The translations under genes were made by a program, and so were the position numbers. Below are positions 20,159 through 30,359 of a DNA stretch of 64,000 nucleotides, piece by piece. Positions within the stretch are counted from its first letter, which is position 1. Each line of letters opens with the position of its first letter. The notes beneath the pieces are model-generated. The model worked only from the letters and a program-made list of their open reading frames with translations. It had not been told where the DNA came from and did no database searches. The DNA is taken from positions 4,321 through 68,320 of the forward strand of contig JAMWCW010000003.1 of the NCBI GenBank assembly GCA_023819145.1, in the 5' to 3' direction. The stretch is from Candidatus Omnitrophota bacterium (GTDB lineage: Bacteria; Omnitrophota; Gorgyraeia; DTHP01).

Positions 20159-21458
20159 AGAGGTGGAATTGAAAGGAACGGGTTTACACACCGGAGAAGA
20201 AGTAAGAATTAAATTTAAACCTTCTTTACCGGACGCAGGAATAGTTTTTAAGCGTATAGACCTGCCAGGCAAGCCTTTTATTCAAGCCACGATGAATAAT
20301 ATAATCGATATAAACAAGAGTCCACGCCGGACTTCTATAGGGAGCAATGGCGGAGAAGTCCATACTATTGAACATTTGATGGCAGTTCTCTCTATTCTTA
20401 ATATCGATAATATCTTGATAGAGATTGATGGACCGGAAGTTCCGGGGATGGATGGCAGTGCGTTCCCTTTTCTGGAGGTTTTGGAAAATGCCCGCATAGA
20501 AACGCAGAATGCTTTACGAAAGCTTTTTCAGATTAGAGACCCTATTTGGATTAGTGAAGGAGATTCCAGTATAGTAATTTTACCCAGCCAAGAATTTAAA
20601 ATTTCCTATCTTCTTTCTTATGACCACCATCCCTATTTAAGACCTCAGTATTTAAATTTTGTGGTCAATAGAGATATCTTTATGAAAGAGATTGCTCCTG
20701 CGAGAACATTTTGTCTTAAGGAAGAAGTGGAAGTTTTAAAAAATCAAGGGTTAGGTTTGGGTGCTAATTATGAGAATACCGTAGTGGTGGGAGAGAAAGG
20801 AATATTGAAAAACAGATTGCGTTTTGAAGACGAATTTGCACGTCACAAGGTTCTCGATTTGATTGGAGACCTTTATCTCTTGGGATACTCTTTGAAGGGG
20901 CATGTAATTGCCATAAAGAGTGGGCATCCCCTCAATATAAAAGTGTTGCAAAAAATTGAACAGCAGCGAATTCGTCTTGTTGAAGGAGCAATAAAATCTG
21001 TTTCTACAAATTTTGAATTAGAGAAAGCCTATTTAGATATAAATGATATCCAAAAAATTTTGCCTCATCGCTATCCTTTCCTTTTTGTAGATAAGATAAT
21101 AGAAATCCAGGAGGACAAACGGGCGGTGGGTATAAAGAATGTGACCATCGACGATTACTACTTTCAAGGGCACTTTCCAGGAAGGCCGGTAATGCCAGGA
21201 GTGCTTATTGTAGAGGCGATGGCCCAGGTTGCAGGGGTGCTTATGCTTTCTAAGAAAGAGAATCAAGGGAAACTTGCTTATTTTATGAGCATAGACAATG
21301 TAAAGTTTAGACGTACTGTTCTTCCGGGAGACCAATTGCATTTAGAAGTAGAGGTGGTTCGATTAAAATCTAAAACAGGTCAAGTCCATACCAAGGCATT
21401 CGTGGATTCTAAGATTGTAGCGGAGGCTGATTTGATGTTTGCCTTGGTAGATGCTTGA
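20133..21458 (+). CDS. lpxC: fused UDP-3-O-acyl-GlcNAc deacetylase / 3-hydroxyacyl-ACP dehydratase (LpxC-FabZ)
   Basis: 441 aa; N-terminal LpxC domain, C-terminal FabZ hot-dog domain ([27 protein letters not shown]). Confidence 0.9.
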   Translation: MEYQKTIGKEVELKGTGLHTGEEVRIKFKPSLPDAGIVFKRIDLPGKPFIQATMNNIIDINKSPRRTSIGSNGGEVHTIEHLMAVLSILNIDNILIEIDGPEVPGMDGSAFPFLEVLENARIETQNALRKLFQIRDPIWISEGDSSIVILPSQEFKISYLLSYDHHPYLRPQYLNFVVNRDIFMKEIAPARTFCLKEEVEVLKNQGLGLGANYENTVVVGEKGILKNRLRFEDEFARHKVLDLIGDLYLLGYSLKGHVIAIKSGHPLNIKVLQKIEQQRIRLVEGAIKSVSTNFELEKAYLDINDIQKILPHRYPFLFVDKIIEIQEDKRAVGIKNVTIDDYYFQGHFPGRPVMPGVLIVEAMAQVAGVLMLSKKENQGKLAYFMSIDNVKFRRTVLPGDQLHLEVEVVRLKSKTGQVHTKAFVDSKIVAEADLMFALVDA

Positions 21459-21525
21459 AACGATATATTTTGGGATACATAATGATTACAGTGATAGTAC
21501 ATTGTAATCAATTTTTTTATTGGAA

Positions 21526-22299
21526 ATGGTTAATATCCATTCTACCGCAATAGTTTCCCCCGGAGCGCGCTTAGCTAAAACAGTTAGTGTAGGAGCTTAC
21601 TCTTTTATTGGTCCCGATGTTATCATTGATGACAATACCGTTGTAGGAACATCTTGCGTAATTGAAGGAAATACAAAAATTGGTAAGAATTGTCGTATTT
21701 TTACGGGAGCGGTAATTGGCAGCATTCCTCAGGATTTGAAGTTTAAAGGAGAAAAAACTTTTCTGGAAATAGGCGATAATAATATTATCCGCGAATATGT
21801 CACCATTAATCTAGGGACCAAGGCTACGGGGAAAACGGTAATTGGTAATAACAATCTTATTATGGCTTACTCGCACATTGCACATGACTGCCGTATTGGC
21901 AACGGCGTAATTATTGCCAATGTAGGGACCTTGGCAGGACATGTGACTATTGAAGATAAGGTAGTGGTTGGAGGGATGGTAGCAATTCATCAATTTGTGC
22001 GTGTGGGAAAACTTGCGATTATTGGTGGTTGTTCAAAAGTAATTCAGGATATTCCTCCCTTTTCTATTTGCGATGGTCATCCGGCAAGGTTTTATGGATT
22101 AAACGTAGTAGGGCTAAGAAGGGCAGGAATGAAACCTGAAGTGAGGAATAGTTTAAAAACCGCATTGAAACTTCTTTTTCAATCAGGCCTATCCACTTCC
22201 CATGCCCTGGAGGAAATCAAGAAAAGATTGGCTCCCAATGAAGAGATAAAGCACCTTATAGATTTTGTGAAAAATTCTCAACGTGGAGTCTGTCGTTAG
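21526..22299 (+). CDS. lpxA: acyl-ACP--UDP-GlcNAc O-acyltransferase
   Basis: ATG at 21526 (MVNIHSTAIV); hexapeptide repeats and C-terminal helical domain; ORF track start 21520 is TTG inside T-run. Confidence 0.9.
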   Translation: MVNIHSTAIVSPGARLAKTVSVGAYSFIGPDVIIDDNTVVGTSCVIEGNTKIGKNCRIFTGAVIGSIPQDLKFKGEKTFLEIGDNNIIREYVTINLGTKATGKTVIGNNNLIMAYSHIAHDCRIGNGVIIANVGTLAGHVTIEDKVVVGGMVAIHQFVRVGKLAIIGGCSKVIQDIPPFSICDGHPARFYGLNVVGLRRAGMKPEVRNSLKTALKLLFQSGLSTSHALEEIKKRLAPNEEIKHLIDFVKNSQRGVCR

Positions 22300-22337
22300 G
22301 ATTATTCTTTCAAGAAGTTAAGTTACTGATAACTAAG

Positions 22338-23150
22338 ATGGAAAAAATGAGAAAAATCGGATTGATTGCCGGAAGGTCGCGTTATCCCTTGCTTCTTGCA
22401 GAAAAGGCAAGAGAACAGGGGTTTACTATTGTTGCTATAGGCATAAAGGGTGAAACTTTACCAGAGATAGTAAATTATGTTTCTGAGACTCACTGGTTAG
22501 AAGTTGGAGAATGGGGGAAATTGGTAGGCATATTAAAACGCGCAGGTATTAAAGAAGCAATCATGGCAGGAGGCATTAAGAAAACTCTTCTTTTCAGAAA
22601 CGATGTCCATATTGATAAAGCCGTTTTAGAGCTCATTGATTCTTTAAGGGACAAAAAAGACATGTCTATATTAAATGCTTTTGCACAACAGTTAAAGAGA
22701 GAAGGGATAGAACTCTTAGATTCTGCTTCTTTTCTGGAGGATCTTTTACCCTCCAAAGGATGTCTCACCGAACGCATCCCCAATTCTTTAGAATGGGAGG
22801 ATATAAAATTTGGTTGGGATATAGCTAAAGAAATAGCGCGGGTTGATATCGGTATGACTGTAGTAGTGAAAAATAAGGCCGTGTTGGCAGTAGAAGCGAT
22901 AGAAGGGACAGACGAGACAATAAAGAGAGGGGCTTTGTTGGGCGGAGAAGGGACAGTAGTAATAAAGGTTTCTCGTGTAGAACAGGATAGGAGGTTTGAT
23001 TTGCCAGTGATAGGATTGAATACCATTAAAATAATGGAAGAGGCTAAGGCAAGAGTTTTGGCTATCGAAGCAAACCAGGTGCTTTTTATTGATCAGGAAA
23101 GAGCAATTGAAGAAGCAAACAAAGCAAATATTTCTATTGTAGCTATATGA
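22338..23150 (+). CDS. lpxI: UDP-2,3-diacylglucosamine hydrolase, LpxI (DUF1009) type
   Basis: 270 aa; DUF1009-like size and position immediately after lpxA; no LpxH homolog seen in window. Confidence 0.7.
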   Translation: MEKMRKIGLIAGRSRYPLLLAEKAREQGFTIVAIGIKGETLPEIVNYVSETHWLEVGEWGKLVGILKRAGIKEAIMAGGIKKTLLFRNDVHIDKAVLELIDSLRDKKDMSILNAFAQQLKREGIELLDSASFLEDLLPSKGCLTERIPNSLEWEDIKFGWDIAKEIARVDIGMTVVVKNKAVLAVEAIEGTDETIKRGALLGGEGTVVIKVSRVEQDRRFDLPVIGLNTIKIMEEAKARVLAIEANQVLFIDQERAIEEANKANISIVAI

Positions 23151-23854
23151 AAGAAAAAAAACCCTTGTTTGTTAAACAACTTAAGGCATTATCAAAAATT
23201 AGTGAAGCCATTACCTCAGATTTATATTTAGAAGATATTTTAAAATTAATTGTTAATGTTACTGCGCAGGTAATGGATTCTAAAATTTGTTCCCTTTTTC
23301 TCTTAGATGAAAAGAAAAAAGAACTGGTCGTTAAGGCTACGCAGTCAATTTCTGAAGCCTATAACAAAAAACAAAATCTGAAATTGGGAGAGGGGATTGC
23401 GGGTAGGGTAGCACAAGAAGGACGGCCGATTATAGTTTTAGATGTACGTAAAGATCCACGTTATGTAAATCAATCGATTGCTAAGAAAGAGGGGCTCTGT
23501 TCTCTCCTTAGCGTTCCGTTAAAGGTTAAAGGGAGAGTAATTGGTGTGCTTAATATATATACTGCAAACCTTCACCGTTTTAGCAAGGAAGAGGTTGATA
23601 TTCTGATGACGGTAGCTAATCAGGCAGCAATTGTTATTGAGAATGCTTGTTTGATAGTGGAATCGAAAGTTATCCGCGAAGAATTAGAAGCACGTAAATT
23701 TATTGAGCGAGCAAAGGGAGTTTTAATGAAAGAAGAAAAACTTTCTGAAGAAGATGCTTATCGTAAAATACAGAAATTTGCGATGGACAATCGTCGGACC
23801 ATGCGCGAAGTAGCTGAGGTTATTTTACTTAGTTACAAGATGAAAAAAAGGTAA
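23147..23854 (+). CDS. GAF domain / ANTAR RNA-binding antitermination regulator
   Basis: 235 aa; N-terminal GAF-like region, C-terminal ANTAR-like helices (ELEARKFIERAKGVLM...AYRKIQKFAMDNRRTMREVAE). Confidence 0.75.
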   Translation: MKEKKPLFVKQLKALSKISEAITSDLYLEDILKLIVNVTAQVMDSKICSLFLLDEKKKELVVKATQSISEAYNKKQNLKLGEGIAGRVAQEGRPIIVLDVRKDPRYVNQSIAKKEGLCSLLSVPLKVKGRVIGVLNIYTANLHRFSKEEVDILMTVANQAAIVIENACLIVESKVIREELEARKFIERAKGVLMKEEKLSEEDAYRKIQKFAMDNRRTMREVAEVILLSYKMKKR

Positions 23855-23878
23855 TAGTTTTAGAAGAGATTATATCCA

Positions 23879-23911
23879 GCCCACAGAATAAAAAGTGGGC
23901 ATTTTGTTTTT
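23879..23911 (+). terminator. intrinsic terminator after GAF-ANTAR gene
   Basis: GCCCAC-agaataaaaa-GTGGGC then ATTTTGTTTTT. Confidence 0.65.
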
Positions 23912-23917
23912 GTTGAT

Positions 23918-25783
23918 ATGAATAAATTTGACATAATTGTAATTGGCGCAGGACATGCGGGTATTGAAGCCTCTTTAGCAGCAAGTAGAATGGGGCGTAG
24001 CGTTTTACTTATTACTTTAAAAAAGGAAACGATTGGTTTAATGTCCTGCAATCCCGCAATTGGCGGAGTGGGTAAAGGGCAGTTAGTAAAAGAGATAGAT
24101 GCGTTGGGTGGGGAGATGGCAAAAGCAGCAGATAATACAGGAATTCAATTTCGGATGCTTAACACATCCAAGGGGCCCGCGGTTTGGTCTTCTCGTTGCC
24201 AAGTAGATAGAAGGTTGTATCAAAAATATATGGAAAGCACGGTACTTAATCAAGAAAACCTTGTGGTTAAAGAGGGAGAAGTGGTGGGTTTAATAATAGA
24301 GCATAACAAAATTTTGGGTGTGGAGATGCTTAATGAGACAATATATGCAAAAGCGGTGGTTATTTCTACAGGAACTTTTTTAAATGGAGTTATCTATATC
24401 GGTTTAGATAGTTATCCTGCAGGAAGAATAAATGAACCTCCAAGCATAAGGTTAGCTCAAGCGCTTAGAAGTCTGGGTTTAGGAATGGGCCGGTTAAAAA
24501 CATGCACTACCGCTCGTTTGGATGGTAAGACAATAGATTTTTCTAAAATGATTGTTCAAGAAGGAGACGATGTTAGGAGGCCCTTTTCTTTTTTTACACT
24601 GGGTGCACAATTACCTCAAAAACCATGTTATTTGACTTACACAAATAAAAAGACCCATCGCATTATCTTAAAAGCCTTAAGAGACAAAAAACTTTTACAT
24701 ATTATAAGTCAAGGAGTAAATCCCCGGTATTGTCCTTCTATCGAAGAGAAAGTGTTGCGTTTTTCTGAGCGAGAAAGACACCAGATATTTGTTGAACCCG
24801 AGGGTTTAGATAGTGAAGAGTATTATACCAATGGATTATTCACTTTTTTGCCGAAAGAAGTGCAAAGAGAGTTTATTCAAACAATCCCAGGAATGGAAAA
24901 GGCAGAGATAACCAAATTTGGTTATGGGATTGAGTATGATTATGTTTATCCCACCCAGCTTTACCCAACATTAGAATCGAAATTAATCAAGAATCTATTT
25001 TTAGCAGGGCAAATCAATGGAACCACTGGTTACGAAGAGGCAGCCAGTCAAGGTTTAATTGCAGGTATTAATGCGGTTAAGAAAGTAGGGGGAGAAGAGC
25101 CATTCATTCTTGGACGTGACCAGGCATACATTGGGGTTTTAATTGATGATTTAGTAACCAAGGGAACAAACGAGCCGTATCGAATGTTTACCTCTCGTTG
25201 CGAGTATAGGCTCATTTTACGTGAGGGTAATGCGGATATTCGTTTAAGTGAGTTTGGCCATAAACTTGGCTTAATTAGAAAAGAGACATTTGGCAAAGTT
25301 AAAGAGAAAAAAGAGGCGATTCATAAAGGGATAGAATTACTTAAGAAGAAAAAACTTAAACCAAGTCCAGAGGTTAATCGTTTATTTAAAAATTTTGGTA
25401 TTCCTGAATTAAAAAAAGCCATTAGTTTTGCCCAATTGCTAAAAAGACCAGGGATTAATTGTGCTCATTTTAAAGAACTTGATATGAATCTTGAGAAAGT
25501 TATTTCCGAAAATGCTTTTTCTGAGATAGAAATTGAAATAAAGTACGAAGGCTATATTAATCGCCAGAAGGAAGAAGTGCGCCGGATGCAAAAGATAGAA
25601 AGAATTAAAATTCCTTCGGGATTTGAATATGCAAAAATTCCTGCTCTTTCAAGTGAAGTAAAAGAGAAACTTAATAAATTTAAGCCCTTAACCCTGGGGC
25701 AAGCCTCGAGAATATCCGGAGTTAATCCTTCTGCAATTTCTATTTTATGGGTATATTTAGAGAGAAAAAACTTAGTTAAATAA
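23918..25783 (+). CDS. mnmG: tRNA uridine-5-carboxymethylaminomethyl modification enzyme MnmG (GidA)
   Basis: 621 aa; FAD-binding FDIIVIGAGHAGIEA N-terminus and GidA-type C-terminal domain. Confidence 0.9.
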   Translation: MNKFDIIVIGAGHAGIEASLAASRMGRSVLLITLKKETIGLMSCNPAIGGVGKGQLVKEIDALGGEMAKAADNTGIQFRMLNTSKGPAVWSSRCQVDRRLYQKYMESTVLNQENLVVKEGEVVGLIIEHNKILGVEMLNETIYAKAVVISTGTFLNGVIYIGLDSYPAGRINEPPSIRLAQALRSLGLGMGRLKTCTTARLDGKTIDFSKMIVQEGDDVRRPFSFFTLGAQLPQKPCYLTYTNKKTHRIILKALRDKKLLHIISQGVNPRYCPSIEEKVLRFSERERHQIFVEPEGLDSEEYYTNGLFTFLPKEVQREFIQTIPGMEKAEITKFGYGIEYDYVYPTQLYPTLESKLIKNLFLAGQINGTTGYEEAASQGLIAGINAVKKVGGEEPFILGRDQAYIGVLIDDLVTKGTNEPYRMFTSRCEYRLILREGNADIRLSEFGHKLGLIRKETFGKVKEKKEAIHKGIELLKKKKLKPSPEVNRLFKNFGIPELKKAISFAQLLKRPGINCAHFKELDMNLEKVISENAFSEIEIEIKYEGYINRQKEEVRRMQKIERIKIPSGFEYAKIPALSSEVKEKLNKFKPLTLGQASRISGVNPSAISILWVYLERKNLVK

Positions 25784-25793
25784 TTACAAACAG

Positions 25794-26759
25794 ATGCAAG
25801 AAAAGATTATCAGTTTTCTACGCAAAAGTAAAGATTATATCTCAGGAGAAGAATTAAGTAAACTTACAGGAATTACCCGAGCGGAAGTTTGGAAACAAAT
25901 AGAGAGTCTGAGAAATCTTGGTTACGATATAGAAGCCTTACCACATTTGGGATATCGCTTGATAAGCCCTCCAGATAAGTTATTACCCGAGGAGATTACT
26001 TGGGATTTAGGGACAAAACTTATGGGAAAGAAGATTTTCTCATTTGAGGTTTTGGATTCCACTATGGATTTTACCCATGAATTAGGAATAAGGAACTTTC
26101 CCGAAGGAACAGTTGTTTGTAGTGAAACTCAGAAGAAAGGCAGGGGAAGAAGAGGCAGAGAGTGGTTTTCCCCAAAATATAAAGGATTATATTTTTCTAT
26201 TCTTTTGAAACCACAAATCTCTCCTAATCAAGCTCCACAGTTAACTATCCTTTCTGCGGTAGCGGTGAGAGAGGCCATATCTAACATTACGGGTTTAGAA
26301 TGCTTAATTAAATGGCCAAATGATATTTTAATTAGTGGGAAAAAGGTAGGGGGGATTCTTACGGAAATGGCGGAAATGGGGGCAGAAACCGAGAAAATTA
26401 AGTTTATTGTTCTAGGAATAGGCATAAATGTGAATACTGAAAAACACCTTCTTCCTACACAGGCAAGTTCTTTAAAAGAGGAAAGAAGGGAAAAATTTTC
26501 ACGCATTGAGTTATTGAAAGAAATTTTGCGTAAAATAGAAAGATACTATTTTTTATTTAAAGAGAAGGGCTTTTCTCCACTGGCTGAAGAGTGGAAGAAA
26601 TATTCTTGTATCCTTGGCCATCGGATAAAAATAATTTCCCAGCAAAAGGCCATAGAAGGAGAAGCAATTGACCTCGATAGAGAAGGCGCCCTTTTAGTGA
26701 GGAAGGATTCAGGATTTATAGAAAGAGTTTTTGCAGGAGATGTTGTAAAAATACGTTGA
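25794..26759 (+). CDS. birA: bifunctional biotin--[acetyl-CoA-carboxylase] ligase / biotin operon repressor
   Basis: 321 aa; N-terminal HTH, GRGRRGREW biotin-binding motif. Confidence 0.85.
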   Translation: MQEKIISFLRKSKDYISGEELSKLTGITRAEVWKQIESLRNLGYDIEALPHLGYRLISPPDKLLPEEITWDLGTKLMGKKIFSFEVLDSTMDFTHELGIRNFPEGTVVCSETQKKGRGRRGREWFSPKYKGLYFSILLKPQISPNQAPQLTILSAVAVREAISNITGLECLIKWPNDILISGKKVGGILTEMAEMGAETEKIKFIVLGIGINVNTEKHLLPTQASSLKEERREKFSRIELLKEILRKIERYYFLFKEKGFSPLAEEWKKYSCILGHRIKIISQQKAIEGEAIDLDREGALLVRKDSGFIERVFAGDVVKIR

Positions 26760-26840
26760 ATTTTTTTTGTTAAATTTTTATTCTTGCTTATAAAATGTAA
26801 ATGATGATTTAGAATTGTTTGATAAAAATTAAAAATTTTC

Positions 26841-26868
26841 TTGACATAAGTTTTAATTATCATAAAAT
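26841..26868 (+). promoter_or_regulatory. sigma70-like promoter upstream of ATP-grasp/kamA cluster
   Basis: TTGACA (26841-26846), 16-nt spacer, TAAAAT (26863-26868). Confidence 0.45.
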
Positions 26869-26937
26869 ATTAACAGAAATCCTTAAAAGTAAAGGAGGTT
26901 GTAGTTAATTAAAATTGGATAAATTGTATTTATTTTA

Positions 26938-26967
26938 AGAGGCAAAAAAGAGAGCCTCTTTTTTTTT
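26938..26967 (+). terminator. intrinsic terminator-like hairpin in leader of ATP-grasp gene (candidate attenuator)
   Basis: AGAGGC-aaaaaagaga-GCCTCT followed by nine T; sits between promoter and ATG 26996. Confidence 0.6.
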
Positions 26968-26995
26968 GCCAAAAGAATCAAAAGAAGGAAATAAA

Positions 26996-27985
26996 ATGGG
27001 GAAGGTTGTAGGATTAACTTATGATTTAAAACAGGAATACGTTTTTAAGGAAGACGACCCTCCTGATGCCAATGCTGAATTCGACCATTGGCAGACAATC
27101 GATGCGATAGAGAGCGCTTTGGCAAAAGGAGGGCACAAGGTAGTAAAAATTGGAAATGTTTGTAATCTTCTTAGAAAATTAGACAAGATAAAAGCAGATA
27201 TCGTTTTTAATATCGCGGAAGGCATTCAGGGGAGAAATAGAGAATCGCAGGTTCCTGTAATCTTAGAACTAAAAGGTATTCCCTTCGTTGGTTCGGACGG
27301 ATTAACTTTAGCCCTTACTTTGGATAAACTTTTTGCAAAAAAAATTTTTATTGCCGAAGGTATTCCTACCCCCCGCTTCTTAGAAATTTCCCAACCCGAT
27401 ACTATAGGAAAATTTAATCTCAATTTTCCGCTTATTGTTAAACCACGTTACGAGGGTTCGAGCAAAGGGCTTTCTTTCGATTCCATGGTTAGAGATGTAA
27501 GGAGTTTGCGTGAGAGAGCAAATTGGATAATAAAGGCATACCGCCAACCTGCAATAGCAGAAGAGTTTATAAAAGGCAAGGAGTTCACAGTGGTGGTCTT
27601 AGGAAACAATCCTCCTAAAGCCCTCCCGCCGGTGCAAATAAGTATTGATGGAAGACTCAACTTGGGAGAGAGATTCTATACTTTTGGACACATTCGTTCA
27701 CGTTCCTTAAAATACATCTGCCCTGCAAAAATTTCTCAACGATTGCTTAAGCGAATCGGGGATTTAGCGATAGAAGTTTATCGAGCAGTGGAGTGTCGAG
27801 ACTTTGGGAGGGTGGATATAAGGGTTAATGAAAACGACGAACCGTTTGTATTAGAAATAAATCCTCTTCCCAGTCTTTCTTTAGCGGATGTATTTCCTAT
27901 TGTAGGAAGGCAGGTTGGTATGAAATACAAAGATATGATTAACCAAATTCTTAACTGTGCTTTAGAAAGGTATGGACTTTTATGA
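26996..27985 (+). CDS. ATP-grasp ligase, D-Ala-D-Ala ligase family (paralog 1)
   Basis: ATG at 26996 (ORF track TTG 26966 lies inside terminator T-run); Ddl-like blocks FNIAEGIQG, IPFVGS, LIVKP..EGSSKG, EEFI.GKEFTV, LEINPLP. Confidence 0.8.
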   Translation: MGKVVGLTYDLKQEYVFKEDDPPDANAEFDHWQTIDAIESALAKGGHKVVKIGNVCNLLRKLDKIKADIVFNIAEGIQGRNRESQVPVILELKGIPFVGSDGLTLALTLDKLFAKKIFIAEGIPTPRFLEISQPDTIGKFNLNFPLIVKPRYEGSSKGLSFDSMVRDVRSLRERANWIIKAYRQPAIAEEFIKGKEFTVVVLGNNPPKALPPVQISIDGRLNLGERFYTFGHIRSRSLKYICPAKISQRLLKRIGDLAIEVYRAVECRDFGRVDIRVNENDEPFVLEINPLPSLSLADVFPIVGRQVGMKYKDMINQILNCALERYGLL

Positions 27986-29013
27986 ATATTCTTCTTGTTT
28001 ATAATCTTAAGAGAAAGAATCTTTCTAAAGGAGTCCCTCCTGATTTTTATTCTGAATTCGATTCATATAAAACAGTAGGTTCTATTGCCGAGGCTTTAAG
28101 GAAAAAGGGACACAAGGTTAATTTGGTAGAGGCTAACAACCAACTAATCGCTTATCTTTTAAGAAATAGAGAGAAGATAGATTTTGTTTTTAATATTGCC
28201 GAGGGCATAAATGGTTATTCCAGTCGAGAATCTCAAATTCCCGCTATTCTCGATTTCCTTAGAATTCCCTATACCGGTTCAAACGTCTTGGCTATGGCAG
28301 TTGCCTTGGATAAAGCCTATACTAAGAAACTGTGTCTTGCAGAAGGCATCCCTACTCCAAAATTTCAACTCTTTGTTACCGGAAGAGAAAAGTTAGATTC
28401 CGCTCTTCGTTTTCCTTTGATTGTTAAGCCTAATGCGGAAGGTTCTGCCAAAGGTATTTATCGAGATTCGGTTGTCTATGATAGAAAGAACCTTTTAGAG
28501 AAGATAAAAAGGGTAATGTGCAATTATAAACAGTCAGTATTAGTTGAAGAATTTATTGTTGGTAAAGAACTAACTGTAGGAATTATTGGTAATGATAGCC
28601 CATTAGTTCTTCCTATCCTTGAGATCGATTTTAGTTCCTGTCGTGGTTCAGGAGAATTTTTTTATTCTTGGAGGATGAAAGAGTTTCAAGGAAACCAAGA
28701 ACAACATCTTACTCCCACTTTTTACTGTCCCGCAAGATTAAAACCTGATACAGCAGCAGAAATTTCTCATTTAGCTTTGAAAGCTTACAAGGCTTTGGGA
28801 TGTTACGATTTCTGTCGTATAGATTTTAGGTTAGATAAAAAAAACAGGCCGTATCTTTTGGAGATAAATCCTCTACCGGGGCTAGATCCCCTGGAGAGTA
28901 ATTTACCTTTGATGGCAAGGACCGCGGGAATAAATTATAACCAGTTGATTAATAAAATATTAGAATCGGCAGTAAAAAGAGTAAATGGAAAGTTGAACAG
29001 GGGAAAGAAATGA
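27982..29013 (+). CDS. ATP-grasp ligase, D-Ala-D-Ala ligase family (paralog 2)
   Basis: 343 aa; IPYTGS, LIVKPNAEGSAKG, EEFIVGKELTV, YLLEINPLPG; ATGA overlap with paralog 1. Confidence 0.8.
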   Translation: MNILLVYNLKRKNLSKGVPPDFYSEFDSYKTVGSIAEALRKKGHKVNLVEANNQLIAYLLRNREKIDFVFNIAEGINGYSSRESQIPAILDFLRIPYTGSNVLAMAVALDKAYTKKLCLAEGIPTPKFQLFVTGREKLDSALRFPLIVKPNAEGSAKGIYRDSVVYDRKNLLEKIKRVMCNYKQSVLVEEFIVGKELTVGIIGNDSPLVLPILEIDFSSCRGSGEFFYSWRMKEFQGNQEQHLTPTFYCPARLKPDTAAEISHLALKAYKALGCYDFCRIDFRLDKKNRPYLLEINPLPGLDPLESNLPLMARTAGINYNQLINKILESAVKRVNGKLNRGKK

Positions 29014-29029
29014 AAGGAGGGAGGTTCAT

Positions 29030-30301
29030 TTGAATACGCTTATTTATAGCAATAGAGTGACCAGTCTATGGCAAGATGTCTCTGAAGAGGAGTGGGAAGA
29101 TTGGCATTGGCAGTTAAAGAATCGGATTACCACCTTAAATGAATTACGGCAGGTTATTCAAGTTGTTCCGGAGGAGGAAGAAGGAATAAAGGTTTCACGG
29201 GGAAGGCTTGCTATGGCCATTACTCCTTATTTTGCGAGCCTTATGGACCCTCTGAGACCAAATTGCCCTATCCGAAGACAGGCAGTTCCTTTACTTGATG
29301 AAACTTTTATTAGTTCTTATGATATGCTTGACCCTTGCGGAGAGGACAAATCTTCTCCTGTTCCGGGCCTCGTCCACCGCTATCCTGACCGAGTCCTTTT
29401 ATTAGTTACTGAACATTGTGCGATGTATTGCCGTCATTGTACCAGACGGAGGATGGTAGGAGAAAAAGAATCTTGCCTTGCCCCAAACCACCTTGTCCAG
29501 GCATATGATTATATCCGTTCCAACAAAAAAGTTCGCGATGTGCTTATTTCCGGTGGCGACCCCTTAATACTTTCCGATGAAAAGTTAGAGGAAATTATTA
29601 AGAATATCCGTGCCATACCTCATGTAGAATTTTTACGCATTGGAACACGTGTGCCCGTAACCTTGCCCATGCGTGTTAATTCTGAGTTAGTTTCCATGTT
29701 AAAACGTTATGCACCTATTTGGATAAGTCTTCATTTCAATCACCCCAAGGAAATAACTAAGAGGTGTAAGATTGCTTGTGATATGCTTACTGATAACGGA
29801 ATTCCTTTAGGTAGTCAGACGGTGCTTCTTAAGGGAATAAATGACCGTCCCTATATCATGAAAAAACTAATGCACGAACTTTTAAAGATTAGGGTCCGGC
29901 CTTATTACATCTATCAATGCGACCTCGCCCGCGGTACAAGTCACTTCCGCACGCCTGTTTCGGTAGGGATAAATATTATAGAAAAGTTGAGGGGGCATAC
30001 TACGGGTTATGCAGTGCCTACTTATGTTGTAGATGCTCCAGGGGGAGGCGGGAAAATTCCTGTGGCACCTAACTATATTATATCTCAGGCTAAAAACCAA
30101 TTTATCTTGCGTAATTACGAAGGCAAGGTATTTACTTATTTTGAAGATTCCACTAGTTATCTTACCGGGACAAGAAAATACTTTACAAACATCCCTTTTT
30201 TTGGTAGACTGAAATACAAACAGGAGACCTTGCAAAAACAATTCTTTTTTGATTTCTTAGAAACAAAGAAAGAAGAAAATTCCCTTTCCCGGGCGGCATA
30301 A
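29030..30301 (+). CDS. kamA: lysine 2,3-aminomutase (radical SAM, KamA family)
   Basis: 423 aa; CAMYCRHCTRRR 4Fe-4S motif, PVPGLVHRYPDRVLLL, VDAPGGGGK; TTG start with AGGAGGGAGG RBS. Confidence 0.9.
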   Translation: MNTLIYSNRVTSLWQDVSEEEWEDWHWQLKNRITTLNELRQVIQVVPEEEEGIKVSRGRLAMAITPYFASLMDPLRPNCPIRRQAVPLLDETFISSYDMLDPCGEDKSSPVPGLVHRYPDRVLLLVTEHCAMYCRHCTRRRMVGEKESCLAPNHLVQAYDYIRSNKKVRDVLISGGDPLILSDEKLEEIIKNIRAIPHVEFLRIGTRVPVTLPMRVNSELVSMLKRYAPIWISLHFNHPKEITKRCKIACDMLTDNGIPLGSQTVLLKGINDRPYIMKKLMHELLKIRVRPYYIYQCDLARGTSHFRTPVSVGINIIEKLRGHTTGYAVPTYVVDAPGGGGKIPVAPNYIISQAKNQFILRNYEGKVFTYFEDSTSYLTGTRKYFTNIPFFGRLKYKQETLQKQFFFDFLETKKEENSLSRAA

Positions 30302-30359
30302 GCAGGGCCCGTTTATATAGATTAATTCCTTTTAAAAGGGAAAAAGGAGGTGAAGTAAA

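Noticed and set aside
22490-23026. 178-aa minus-strand ORF
   Set aside because: Lies entirely antisense within the well-supported lpxI gene; low-complexity translation, no RBS context. Judged spurious.
28211-28396. 61-aa plus-strand ORF
   Set aside because: Internal alternative frame of the second ATP-grasp gene; no independent support.
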